A stretch of DNA of 64,000 nt, taken from contig OX597814.1 in the NCBI GenBank assembly GCA_951406725.2, positions 176,514,001 to 176,578,000 on the forward strand, read 5' to 3'. The stretch comes from Octopus vulgaris. Lineage: Eukaryota. The notes under the pieces are model-generated. The model ran no database searches. It worked only from the letters and a program-made list of their open reading frames with translations, and had not been told where the DNA came from. Position numbers and translations under genes: made by a program. Of this stretch, positions 50,677 to 64,000 are shown one piece after another. Positions within the stretch are counted from its first letter, which is position 1; each line of letters begins with the position of its first letter.

Positions 50677-50805
50677 GTAAGCATTGCCTTTCTTTCACTC
50701 TCATTCTTTTTCTTTCCTTTTTGTTTTCTCTTTTTACATGTTCATTTGTTTTTCTTATGTTTTGTTTCCATTGATAGAATAACACAAAATATGTTTTTGT
50801 TTCAG

Positions 50806-52715
50806 GTTTGGGTGAAGCTAAACTGTATGCCACTCAGTTGTGGCGTCAGTACAGTGAGCTGTATGATGTCCATCGTGCACGCATTGGCAACAGCAATTCA
50901 AGGGCTTCACTTGAAAAGCATCATTCACTTGATGGGTCTTCTCGTGACACAAAAGCTATTCATATCAGTTCAGGCTCAGCAATCAGTAGCTCAGCTGCCT
51001 CACTTCTCCCCCTTAGTGGCAGCCCAGACTCCTTGATCCCTCCATTTAGACGTGAAGATGACAAACTACTCAGCCTCCACCTTGCTTCAATGGACGAATC
51101 AAACAACCATCACTTAAACGAGTTTCCAAGTTCATCCAGTCTGAACATCAGTCCTCTTATAAAAGTAGAACGGGAAGAAAAATTTGAATCCTCCTCAACA
51201 ACCATCAGCAATGAGACAAATTGGTCTGTTGACAATAACAAAGTAAGCTCTTCTCACAACACACCTGTTTTTCCATCTGTTGACCAGATGGAACTCAGCA
51301 TTTTAGAAAGAGTTGATGTTTTACTGCGAAGAAGACGGAAAGATTTCTTTCTCGGTTATACTGAGGACCAGTTACGAAACTTGAGCCCTTTTGAACGTCC
51401 ACTGACCACAGTTACTGAAAAAGAATACCAAGAATATCTCTTCAGCGATGAAGGACAATTAACTTCTGCTCTTGCCACAGTTTTTGATCTCACTGAACCT
51501 TGGGCATTCCGTTTTAAAAAGATGCTTCATTTAAGTCCTGAGGAAGGTGGTTTTGCAACTTGGCCCGATGTTAAACAAGAACTTTATGTGCTATTGCAAA
51601 ACCATTTAAGTGGCAATAGTAATTCTCAAGAGTCTGTAGTACCGTCAATGCTTGATGGTTCCCATGGTACAATGCCATCTTTATCTTTAGACAGTGACCT
51701 TCCGAGTACATCAGGTTTGGTTGAAAGGGCCAGTGAAAATATTGATTTTACCAATACAAGTTCTAGCATGCTGTTGGGTAAGGATTCATTAAAAGAATCA
51801 ACAATATCACTGTTTAGTTCTGGCATTTTAAATGGAAGATTAACGAGCCAGAAGAAATCCCCCGATTCTTCCGACAGAACAGTTGTATCCCAAGCATCCC
51901 CTTCTGCCCCTGAAACCACTGAAGATGCTATTACTATAGATGATGATACTAATTCTGAAGATAATTTTGCTGCTGGTAACCAATCTCAAATGAAAAGCCC
52001 ACCTGTCTCTTCTAATGGCCCCAGCATCGACAATATCTGGAGCACCAACAATAGTAGTTCTAATGATCACAGAAGGGCTGCAAACCATCTTCAACAGCAG
52101 TTTTTATCTGATTCTAGCGTTAGTATTACTTCGTCCATTGAAAGAAGTGGTCACTCTGTTACTGCTGTATCATCCAGTTTATCTGCGATGGCAACACCCA
52201 ATCGCTTTGGTTCACCACTTGGTAAAGTCAGCAATCGTATCTCTTTAGATTTAGCTTCATTCGGTCGTAACCAAGGAAACTCAGAACAACTGGAATGTTC
52301 TCCTATGGAGCCTAGGAATTCTCGTGTTGTACCCCGTTTTAGTTCACAGTCAGCAATGGCAATGGACACAGGTAGTGTAGAAGTTCCTACAGTGAAGACC
52401 AGTAATCGTAGTAACCCTTCAAGACTGGTTGTTGCTGGTTCTAATTCTCTTTACTCAAATAATAATTCTAGTAGTAAATCTCTGGTATCGAAACTTTGGT
52501 CTCTCAGAGATAAGTTAGCTGAACGCTGTCGTGACGATCCAGCTGTTAGCTGGCATGATAAATTGAGGCCGCATTTGAAACTTATCCGATCACAATTAGG
52601 TGAGACTTACACTCTCCCGAGTTCTGTGCATGAAAGTATTGCCGATCTTTTCCTTGTTACATTGCAGCTTGAGCTGCTCGACAAACAAACATCAGGATTC
52701 AGTGACATGTCTTAA
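50806..52715 (+). CDS. Terminal coding exon 3: second domain copy, Ser-rich low-complexity region, helical C-terminus
   Basis: TTTGTTTCAG acceptor at 50805 after a 129-bp intron; 1.9-kb stop-free frame in AT-rich DNA; total CDS 248+113+1910=2271 nt = 756 aa plus stop. Confidence 0.93.
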
Positions 52716-53847
52716 TTATTAAAAGTAACTACAAACAAACAAAAACCCAATTTGACTGAATTATCCTTTTTAAACCTTCAAATATATGGAAACACTTGTT
52801 TCTTAAATATTTAAAAAAAGACTACCACAAAATATTGATAACCATTTACAAATACCTTAGTCTAATTTTAACCCTTAGGCTTACAAATATTTTGAATGAA
52901 TTGTTTCTTATTAAGGTGAAAAGTTTTTAAAAACCAAAACAGAAAAAAACCCCACATAAAACGGAAAACTATTGTTTCCATATTTTCCTTCCGTTCCCAT
53001 ATACACCAATCATTTGGTACCAAAATTGACTGATCAATCATTGCTGTTAATTTCTCAGTCTGTTTCAGACAACTGAAAATAACCGGTACACTTCTAAGTG
53101 TTCTTACTGTTCCTGAATATATTTTCAATTTCACCATTTATTTTACTGACATCTTCAATATTGTGTTTTACCAAAGGAAATGTTGAGTCATTTCGCCCAT
53201 CATTTACCAAAATATATTCAGTTGCTTTTTCTTTTTTTTTTTTTCATTATTTCTTTGGTTTTGATGTTAGAAAAATGTGTGTATGATTTTTTAAATTTTT
53301 TTTTTACAAGGGTCAGAGACCCATGCATATATATATACAAAAAATGCTTATCAGTTGTAGTCATTTTTTATAATTATTCCGCTGTGCCAGTAATTTATTT
53401 ATAAATGCAATTATAAAACAACATTATATTTCATTATCTGTGACCAAAGCTGTTTTGTAACCAGGCTAAACAAAACCAAGTCTAACTTGGGAAATTTGTG
53501 TTTCAAAATCATAGAACGTCAATAATTTACTGAATATTGTAAACTATTGCAATTAAGGACAACTCACACCAAACATGCATACATATTCATCCCTCCATCA
53601 ATCCATCCATCCATCCAAAGAAAATAATACATCTGTTGAAATATAAGTTGTTTCATATTTCATATGCTTTAATCTAAAATAGCAGTTTTAAAAAATGTTA
53701 CAATACACCAATATTTTTTAAATATGCTTCTGTTTTGTTATCAATTTTTAGTTTAAGAATTGTCTCAACAATTTTTTTCTTCTTCTAATCCTTTCCATGC
53801 TCTTCTGTAATCATTTTAAAGTTTATGCTGTGTATTTAACAAAAACA

Positions 53848-53881
<34 letters not shown>

Positions 53882-55843
53882 GGTATGGCTGAATGATTAA
53901 ACAGTTCACTTCTCCACAATATAGATTTGGATTCAGTTCCACTGCATGACACCATGAGCAAGTGTCTTCTATAGTCCTGGGCCAACCATTGCCTTGTGAG
54001 GGAATTTGGTTGATGGAATCTGAAAGAGTCCATCACATGTGATTGTGTATGTGTTTGTGCGTGTATAAATGTTTATAAAACCATGCTGAGCTGATGGTAC
54101 TGTTTGCGGTTTAGCTACAAAGAGCAGTCATCATTTGTGTTTGGACTGCAACTAGTGTAGGTTGTTGATGTTTCTTGTTAACAAACCATCTGCCAGCTCT
54201 GTGCTTTTGGATTCCTCTAGAATAAAAATCCCTTACTTGAAAAACAGGTGAGGTTCGGTGAGAGGAAGTACATCCAGCTATAAAAATCTTGTGTCAAATT
54301 CAGCTCTGTCTAAACCATGCTAGCATGGAGAAATAGACGTTAAATGAAACAAAATGTTGATATTAATATTTGTAATTATAACAACAAATTGGTTTTTGTT
54401 GGATGGAAGGTATAGCTATATATCCATTAAATAGTGCCTTAAGCATTTTTGGATCTTTGTAAAAAAAAAAAGCGAACTAAACAATATAATTGTATTATAT
54501 TGATGATAATAACTCTACAGTTTATATGATAAATTATTTTTACACTGGGTTTACATAATGTCAGATTCCAAAGTGAACTTGAAAGAAAGAGACAAAATTA
54601 TTTCTGACAATGTGTTTTTGCCTTTGTTTCAAATTTTTATTGAAATATGACTTGCTTAAATCTGTTTTTTATTATTAACAAATCAGAAATTATTTTCTAA
54701 TGTTGATGTTTACAGGTTTAACTCTTTCACAATCATATTTCTAATGAAATACACTGTTTGGTGATGCATTTCACTTAATTTTGGAAATAATCAAGAATTT
54801 TGAGGGATATAAGTAAAATAACTGATTTTTTTCATTATTAAGCTGGTGTTTGGAACATAACTGAAAATATTCCTAGACATAATTATGACAGAAGGTTTTA
54901 ATTTAAATGTGAACACTTTAAACCAGGAGGTTTTTCAATCATGAAACCGGAGATGGTTTCAGGTGAGATGTCAAAAGAATTCATTAAAAATTATGCTATC
55001 TTTTGCCAACAGAAATTTTTAACATAAAAAATTCTGAAATGAGTTGGCAGCATTCTTCTTTTTTTTTTTTCTAAATTTTATTTCAGCAAAAACAGAATAG
55101 TGTTTGCATTAGAAAACCCATAGAAATGAATTTTAAATGAAACCAAAAAGAGAAAGTGTTTCTTTAAAAAAAATTCTTTCCACACATAAACCCCATTCCT
55201 AAATTTCTACAAACTTTTCGTTAAAGACTTTTATATTGTAACGAGTTATACTCTCTACTTTCCAACATTTTATCTCTTGTATTAATTCCCATTTTAGCAG
55301 GGATTTGATCATTCTAAAAATTGAGACATTTTGCAAGAATGTTGTAGTTTTATCCTTAGATTGGCCCTGATTGAGCAGACTTTTGATCAAAGGTGTTCCA
55401 CACATGACCTTTCTGTTTATTTTTATTCTAGACATAATCAGGTCAGTGGTTTTCAAACTGACAAATGTTAGGCTTCCCTCCTTCCAAAACTATTACTGGT
55501 GTTTTTGCCCCAATCCTTATTAATGAAATTATAAAATAGCTTACATCCATACAATTCTTCTGTCGTCATCATGGCTTTGATCAAGTTTGAAAAGTTTAAA
55601 AAGAAAAAACAGAAACCCACCCTATTTTATTAAAAGTAGCAATTTGTCTGACTCTTTTCAATCTTCACAAAACTCTCCCCATGTAGCCACCCCTGGGCTA
55701 CATTATCTCATGTATCCTATATTTTTAGAACAGTAAAGTGTGATTTGAAGGAGATTTAATTGCTACTTCTAGCAGGTCAAGTCACCATGCAGAGGTTCTT
55801 TAAGAATTGTTAGTTTGTGTTTCATTCCAGATACCCATCTTAA

Positions 55844-56058
55844 CACCTTGGCATTCAGATTATTCTATCAAATGTAATACTTATTTAGTCATTGTTTTGA
55901 ATTAATCATGTATTATGTGATAGCTTCAAGATTGCAATGATGTAATTGTTTATTTTTAAAATGACATTGGTAGGTGAGAGGCTGAATCTGACCAATTTGC
56001 ACTTAAAACAGGAAACTTATTTTGGCCAGACATAGCAGCCAATATAAATGCTAAAGTG
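55844..56058. mobile_element. TTAA-type MITE (family of 15554-16524)
   Basis: TTAA-CACCTTGGCATT...AATGCTAAAGTG-TTAA. Confidence 0.65.
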
Positions 56059-56529
56059 TTAAATTCCAATTGTTTTCCATTATATTCAAGCAAAGTTGTG
56101 TGTCTTGCCTATGGACACACACACCCTATAAATATTTGTGCCAAGTGTTTGACTTTCAGTATATGGATCAACAGTTCTGTACTTTAAACTATTTAAACCC
56201 CAAAAGTAAGAAATATGTAAACAGTATGAATATGGGAAAGTAAAGGTGGTGTGTGATGTAAGTAATACGGGAATGTATAACACACATACACACACACACA
56301 CAAGTTCGTTTGAAGCTCAGGATTCATTTTGTTACAACCCTCAATTTTTCTCCATGTGTTGATCGTTCATTTGGTAAGATGAATCATTGTTCTGTTGCTT
56401 GAAGGATTGATTGCATGTAACTTTAAACTCTTGTAGGGACGCAGTATTTCATTGTGCAGCCATGATATACTGTAGAGTATATTAAACATTTTTATAAGTC
56501 AATACTTTGTTCTACTGTATTAGTGCGCT

Positions 56530-57072
56530 TAGGAATCTGGAGTAGAGGCAGACCCAGGAAGACATGGGATGAGGTTGGTCAAGCATAACCTTTGAACGTT
56601 GGACCTCAAAGAGGCAATAATGAAAGACTGAGACCTGGAGATACACTGTGACTGTGAAGACCCGGCAAATAAAGTGAGTTCACGGCTGTATCCTACACCA
56701 GTTTTACATAACCAGCCCCAGCTCATTCAAAAGTACCTTGGATCGTAGGGCGACCTGCTGTGCTTGAGGAGACCTGTTGAGCCAAGTACATCAACATCAA
56801 ACTGAAAATCAAATGGAAATTGTAGTTGTGATATAAAAAAGCACCATCCAAACGTCACTGATGCCAACACCGCCTTGACTGGCTTCTGTGCTGGTGACAT
56901 GTAAAAAGCCCTCACTACACTCATGGAGTGGTTGGCATTAGGAAAGGCATCCAGCTGTAGAAACACTGCCAGATCAGACTGGAGCCTGGTACAGCTTCCT
57001 GGCTTCCCAGACCCCGGGCGAACCATCCAACTCATGCTAGCATGGAAAACGGACGTTAAACAATGATGATGA
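56530..57072 (+). mobile_element. RTE LINE 3' fragment followed by family C sequence
   Basis: RPRKTWDEV motif near 56550; family C tail ends at ~57072. Confidence 0.7.
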
Positions 57073-59352
57073 TTCTATAGAAAAGCTCTGATTTTTGTTA
57101 CAGCACTTCATATCTGAGATGTTAGATACAAACAATCAGTGAGACCAAAAATGGATGCTCAGATATGGAATTACTGTAGAAAATCTATAGAGGTAACCTT
57201 AACTAATGATTTAAACTCTAGATGATAACAGTGAATTAAATTAACAGCTTCAAATGAATAAATAAACTCTTAAATGTTCTGTGTACTTTTATTCCCACCT
57301 GTTTACTCCCCCACCACCACCACCACACACAAACAGATAGATTACTCTTCTAAACTCGTTAAGTACTTTCTATTCACCATTCCATACACACAGAATTTCT
57401 AAGCAGAGTTAGGAAAAATAAACCTGGTCAATATCAATTCAAAACTCTTGAAAGTTCCTTAATTTCAACGTTAGTGATGGAATACTCGATCTGGTTCAAC
57501 TATAACTAAAATTTTGCAGATGTATTTAGATTTTGTTGGTATGTATGTATTTTTTGGAATGGTATAAAGCTATAAATAACAGCTTGTAAATATTGGGTCT
57601 AAAAAAACCCTTAGACTGAAAAGGCCAAAGGCTTCCTTTAGGACTTGAACCCACATCATCTGTAAACATTTTTATGCCTTTGTCAGAGAAGAAAGGGCAA
57701 TGGTTATGACATTTCTTTAACTTCAGCCTCTGATAGATATTAGAAAGGAACAAAAAAAAAAAAACAAAAAAACTATGAACCATGAATTGATCTTCAGTCC
57801 AAAGACCAGGTTCAAATGTTTGTAACAGAATAGGTTCTATTAAAAGTACTCAAGGTCAACAAGGTGATGGCAATACATACAATTAAGTCTATCGATCATT
57901 TTAGATACTAAGGGTGATAAAAATGTTATTCCCTGCTATTCTGGTTAGTTGTTAGAGTCATATTTAATTTGAAGAACTATAAGTTTTCACTAATTTTTCA
58001 TTTTTTTTAAATAAAGATTTATTTCTTAGGTAATAAGAAACTTAAAGGAGAGTTGAACAGCAGAAAGTCTTCAGAGAAGAAACCCACCTCTTGAAAGCGT
58101 TACAGCCCTTAATTTATTATACTTTAAAGGGGCTGGACTGCGTTCAGGTTATGAATCCTGGATACCCCTCTGCTATCATATTTTGTATTACTGTCTGCAT
58201 CGCAACCCCCTTGGACAGTTAAAGTGCCCTAGAGTCAAGTTCACCCAGGTTCAGTCTAGATGTCAGTTGACTGTAGGGTAAATTTTGTTTTCTGAAATTC
58301 AATTCTATTCCTCCTTTTAACAGATCCACTTGGAACACTTCTCAGCCTTAAGAATTCTGGTTCTCTTCTTAAATATTTATTTATAAGAGAATTGGCAAAT
58401 TGTCATGTTGATGATGCTCTTTCCTGATGGCATTATTAACATGAAATGTGAAATAGGTTCAACCAGAAATCAAACAAGATTTTGCATGCTAGGGGTCACC
58501 AAAGGTGCATTTTAACTGTTATATATTCATATTTATTTCAGTGTTATTTTATATTTTTTATTTCAATAAATGTATGTCAAGGAGTCAACATCATTGTGAA
58601 ATGTGGAAAATAGGGAAATAATTTCATTGTTATATAAAAGAGTTACAAATTCCATGTTATATAAAATAGAGAAGTAATTTCATTGTTATATAAAAGAGCT
58701 GAAAAGAAAAAGGTGTTAAGCTGTGAGCTTAGTGTCCATGACTTTATATCCTATTATATGTACTACGATGGTTTAGTGGTGAAGAATTAAACATTTGGTC
58801 TGATAGCAGAACACATAAGAATTGGTGGTGATGACGGTTTAGTGAGCTAAATGGAAACTGCAGGTTCACTATGAATAGAATCGTAATAATTTAGGGAGAA
58901 ATCTGAGCTAAATTAGTTGATTTGTTATTTGGTTGAAGGTTTGCTTTCTTTTTATTTTATGGCAGATAATGTTTTTTTTTCATATTTCAGAAGGAAACAA
59001 AATTTGAAGGAATCCCTGCTTTGTAATTAATGTAATTTGATTGACAATACATTCACCTGAAGCAGCTTAATTACCTTTTCTTTCTATGTCTAAAACCACA
59101 TAAATTAAATATGTGTGTATGATTTTTACAAGGATAAAATAACACTTACTTTCAAGTTTCACCTTCTTTGGACTCTGGTAAAGGCAACAGCTGAAACTTG
59201 AAAGTACATGTCAGCCTTTTCCTCTACTAAAAGGGGTTGAATGAGTCTTCAATTAATGTACATCCACTTTTTCAGGGGTTTTTTTTTTCCATATATAACT
59301 ATACATAAAAAGAAACCTCAATTTTCCAATTACTTATTTTTAACTTAATTAA

Positions 59353-59572
59353 CCCTTTCGTTACCGTATTTATTTTGAGATGCTCTGTGTTTCTTTGAAT
59401 TACTTTAAATATAACAAAGAATTTAGTAAAATAACTTAATTATCATTCAGCTAGTGTTAGGAACATAAATCGTGACTAAGGTTTGGTGGAAGATTTTAAT
59501 TCAGAACTTATGAAAACAAGACATTTGTAATCAGAGCCAGAGCCGGTTTTGGCCGGGTTGGTAACGAAAGGG
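59353..59572. mobile_element. TTAA-type MITE copy
   Basis: TTAA-CCCTTTCGTTACC...GGTAACGAAAGGG-TTAA perfect TIR. Confidence 0.85.
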
Positions 59573-61639
59573 TTAAAGACATGCTGATCATTTTTTTTTT
59601 TTCATATTGTTTCATGTTTATATTTTTTTATTTGACCAACTAATCACATTGTAACTTTCAGTTGACAATTTATAGACCCTCAATTGAAATTGTAAAGATT
59701 GAAAACATTACCAAACATTTGATCAATGCTTATAATGAAATTTAGCTTTACTGAATTTGTAAAATTTATCCAATTTTGCAATTTATATTTAATTCTTGGC
59801 TTAGATTGTTTATAGTTGAAGAAATTTATAACAATATTTATAAAATATTTATCATGTATTGGTTACATTTTACTATGTTCTGATTAGACATTATAGAAAG
59901 ATTAATCCTGTAGGAACATAACATGGGGATCATCTTTTTGATGTACTATCTATTTGAATATCTGATGCACCAGTTTCAACTCATGTTTTCTTTTGCAGAT
60001 TTCATTTAGTAAAGAACCTAATGGCATGTTTTTTTCTTTGTTTAAAATACAACTGTTTTTATCAATGAAATACGGAGATTTATGTTGATAGTGCAGACAG
60101 ATGTGGTATGATGGGATTAAAGAAATATTTAATTCAATGATTGCTGAGACCACTGGATGATTGTATTGCTATTATTACTTTTAGAATTGCATTTTTTTCA
60201 CTGTAAAAGAAAAAAATTACTTTAGATTTAGTGACAAACAAAATTTCCCTCTTAGTTTTATATCTTTATCATGATGCTTTATCTTAAGAAAGCAAGATGT
60301 TTGATGTACATAAATAAGACTAGCCTGTTATACAGTAATGTTCTTGTTTGTCTATTATCATTTCCTTAAAGGCAGTCACATTCTTTCATAAGATCTTTCA
60401 GCTAAATTGAACCGATTGCACAGCATTTTTGCTTTTATTTATTTTTTATTTTGCTGTGTGAACTTGAATAAAGTGCCAAAACTCTCTTGTTTTGATACCG
60501 GAGTGCTACATATTTGTTCTTCAGAGAGATCTAACATTATTATTTAATCAGTTCTTTTTCTTCATTCTCTCTCGAACCCGACTCCCATGAATGTCACAAT
60601 TGTTGATGGAGCAAACTCATATGGTATGGTTGGATTAAAGACGGATTTAGAGCAATGGTTTGTTGACATTGCCGGCTGATCAAGTTGATATATTTTATTA
60701 GAAATTTTGCTGGAGGGGAAAATATTAAAATAAATAAATGGTTAGAAATGAAATGTAAATATAAGTGCTTGATTCTTTCCAAAATTCCACTGTTCAATTG
60801 TGGTAGACATCAATAAAACTTATATTGTTTTTTTTTTTCCTTCCTCTTCAGCGGTGATATAATATAGAGAATATTTACTTGAAACTCTGGTTTCCTGTTA
60901 TTTTTATCAGAATTATATTTTCAGTGATAGTCTCAACATTTTTTTCAGCAGTAAATTCAATATATTTCATATATTTTTAGAGGAAAAAAAAATTCATATT
61001 AGTTGCAAAACAACCACAAAATGTATAAAAAGAAATTTTTAATATTTTTAGAATATTGAAACATTCCTCATTTTCTTTGTTTTTTTTTCTTCCCTAACAG
61101 ACTATTTATTATTCCTATTAATAAATGCAGATTTAATTACCTTCTACTTTTCTATTTTATGTGTGTATGTGTCTCTATTTCTCTCATATTTAATAATGAA
61201 CTGGATGAGTGAGCACTTGACATTGGGAGGGTAGATAATCAATTCTGTTTGGGACTCAGTTTCATGCCTAATGAAAACCAGTGCCGTTTGTGATTTGAAT
61301 TCTTGTTGAAAAATTGTTAACTTTTCATGCTGATGAAAAATCAATGATTTATGTTACGCTCCAGAAACATAACGTAAATTATATATGCACAGTTGTGGCT
61401 TCCCAACCACATGTTACCAGGTTTAGTTCCAATATGTGACACATTGACCAAATGTCTTCTACTGTAGCCTCAGGCCGGCCAAAGCCTTATAAGTGGATTT
61501 GGTAGATGGAAACTGAGAGAAACCTGTTGCATGTTTGTATTACTGTCTCCTTGCCTTGACATTGCATGTTTGGTAAGCAAGTCAGTGGTGTCCTTTGTTT
61601 ACAATCTTCCAAGACATTGGTCAGGTAGAAATATTACCT

Positions 61640-61871
61640 GAGGCGGTGAGCTGGCAGAAACGTTATCATGCCGGGCGAAATGTTTAGCAGTATTTTGTCT
61701 GCCACTACGTTCTGAGTTCAAATTCTGCTGAGGTCGACTTTGCCCTTTCACCCTTTCGGGGTCAATTAAATAAGTACCAGTCACGCACTGGAGTCAATAT
61801 AATCGACTTAATCCGTTTGTCTGTCCTTGTTTTTCCTCTGTGTTTAGCCCCTTGTGGGTAGTAAAGAAATA
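61640..61871 (+). mobile_element. SINE family A nested in an older SINE
   Basis: 13-bp TSD AGAAATATTACCT at 61627-61639 and 61872-61884. Confidence 0.85.
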
Positions 61872-62333
61872 AGAAATATTACCTTTCCTGGAAACAGGTC
61901 AGAGTTGGCAACGGGAAAGACATCCAGCCATAGAAAATCCACTTCAACAGATTCCATGTAACCCATGCAAACATGGGAAAGTTGCTATTAGATGATGACA
62001 TGTATTGTTATAACAGGTTTCACTTATTGCTCTGCTACCATACTGGGGTATCCCCTTTTGAGGATTCATTCAATCAAACGATGATGATATTGTCTGGTTC
62101 TGGCTCATAAACTGGTAAGTTACAAAGCCTAAAGAGACACAAAATAAAATATAATGTGTGGTGGTTGTTTCTTGAACAAGACTGTTATAATGTAGTCATT
62201 TTAAGGTGTTTTCCAGGTGTTTGTGCATAGAATTAATGAGTCTAATGTTGGATGTCTTTAATTCATGTAGATGATGCCTGTGTGTTTTGTTAGAGGTAAA
62301 CATCAAATGTGTTCTCATTAGAGAGCCAAAAAG

Positions 62334-62680
62334 AGGCACAGGAGTGGCTGTGTTGTAAGTAGCTTGCTTACCAAGCACGTGGTTCCAGGTTCAGTCCCAC
62401 TGCGTGGCACCTTGGGCAAGTGTCTTCTACTAAAGCCTTGGGCCAACCAAAGCCTTGTGAGTTGATACAAAAACTGAAAGAAGCCTGTCTTATATGTGTT
62501 TGTTCCCCCTCCACACACACACACACACATCAGTTGACAACCGATGGTGGTGTGTTTACTTCCTCGTAACTTAGCAGTTTGGCAAAAGAGACCGATAGAA
62601 TATGTCCTGAGGTCGATTTGCTCAACTAAAGGCGATGCTCCAGCATGGCCACAGTCAAATGACTGAAACAAGTAAAAAAG
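62334..62680 (+). mobile_element. SINE family B copy
   Basis: GGCACAGGAGTGGCTGTG head, GGTTCAGTCCC B-box-like motif, tail. Confidence 0.8.
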
Positions 62681-63165
62681 TAAAAAAAGTAAATCTGGCA
62701 GAATTGTTAACACTGAGTGAAATGTTTAGCAGCATTTCATCCATTCATCCTTATGTTGAGTTCAAATTCCATCAAGGAACAACCTTTCATCTTTCCGGGG
62801 GTTGATAAAATAAGTACCATTTGAGTACTGGAGTCAATGTAATCGACTCACCCATCACTCAAAATTGTTGGCCTTGTGCTAAAATTTGAAATCATTATTA
62901 GAGAACAAAGAACAGTGGTGACATAACTGAACTTTGATACACAATCTTCTGCAGATTTGCCATTGTTTCTTAGCTGGAAACATTTTACATTTTCTTCAGC
63001 TAGGAATAAATAACTTTTTTCTCTTTCTCTTTTCTGTAAGATTGAATAAATGTTGATACATAATTCTGCTTTGCCTTAGGCCTCAAATTCTCAATGAAGT
63101 CTCAGTGCTACTGATATATGAAACAACCATGTTTGAGCCACCTTTACACTTGGCAGAGCCTATCT

Positions 63166-63368
63166 TATTTCTTTATTGCACATAAGGGGCTAAACATAGA
63201 GGGGACAGACAAAGGGATTAAGTCGATTATATCGACCCCAGTGCGTAACTGGTACTTACTTAATCGACCCCAAAAGGATGAATGGCAAAGTTGAACTCAG
63301 AACGTAAAGACATGAAATACTGCTAAGCATTTCGCCTGGCATGCTAACAATTCTGCCAGCTCGCCGCC
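63166..63368 (-). mobile_element. SINE family A copy
   Basis: Reverse complement of family A, flanked by TATCT on both sides. Confidence 0.75.
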
Positions 63369-64000
63369 TATCTGTCTCCAGGTCTGACCATAGCCAATTT
63401 CTTTGCGGAAAGAAAGAGAGGAATCAACTTCAGTACTTAACTGTTTCTTTATTGACCCCGCTCAAAATAGGTTAAAGGCAAAGCTGACCTTAGCAGAATT
63501 TAAACTCATAGGACAAAGAGCTGAAATGATCACTACAGTGCAGTCTATCTCTACCAGTTGGTTGCCTTTTAACAGTTTTGAGTACAGTCATACAATTGAC
63601 TTTCACTTCAGTTCATGAGATAAATTACTATCTTTTAGTGTGTGTGTGTGTGTACATGTAGAGTAACAGCTGGCCCTGAGACGATAGGTTGACTGCTGAA
63701 AGATTGATAACTTGCTGTAAGTTCATAAGCAAAATTAAGTTAGTCCACCTAGTTATAAATAGATACTATAAATTACTACTGCTCAGTGTTTAAGTTTTGC
63801 ACTTAAAAGTATCATATATATAGAGAATGTAAGTGCTTGCACATTGCTTTGCATCTATTTTTCCTTGCTTGCATTAATAAGGTGGTTTCAAAGTAATTTT
63901 CTATGTACATTGAATCAAAAAATTTTGCATTAGGATATCCTTTCTACTACTTTTATTATTCCATTCATATCTAGAATGTCCTAGTATTTTATCCCAGAAA

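Noticed and set aside
50513-52369. Overlapping alternative-frame and antisense ORFs over the main gene
   Set aside because: Shadows of the real CDS

Overview
AT-rich, repeat-dense eukaryotic DNA. The SINE, RTE-LINE and (TA)n landscape resembles an octopus (coleoid cephalopod) genome; this is an inference. One spliced protein-coding gene is well supported on the + strand, with coding exons 32940-33187, 50564-50676 and 50806-52715 (756 aa, 17.4-kb first coding intron). Its product has two copies of an 84-aa or longer domain I do not recognise. The copies align without gaps across the predicted splice junction and are followed by Ser-rich disordered tracts with SUMO/SIM-like motifs and a helical C-terminus. 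The rest is mostly mobile DNA: SINE families, dead RTE and Penelope RT fragments, a non-autonomous Helitron, and hAT, Tc1/mariner, TTAA-type and Merlin-like MITEs, often nested. The most striking non-coding signal is hammerhead ribozyme (HHR) motifs in at least four unrelated repeat families, each in a tandem and/or inverted Penelope-like arrangement. The youngest (61-1292) is a >99% identical 545-bp tandem plus an inverted arm with three intact-looking type I HHRs and could release a 545-nt retrozyme-like RNA. Most short ORFs in the supplied track are spurious translations of repeats. All alignments and folds were done by eye, and repeat boundaries are approximate unless a TSD is quoted.
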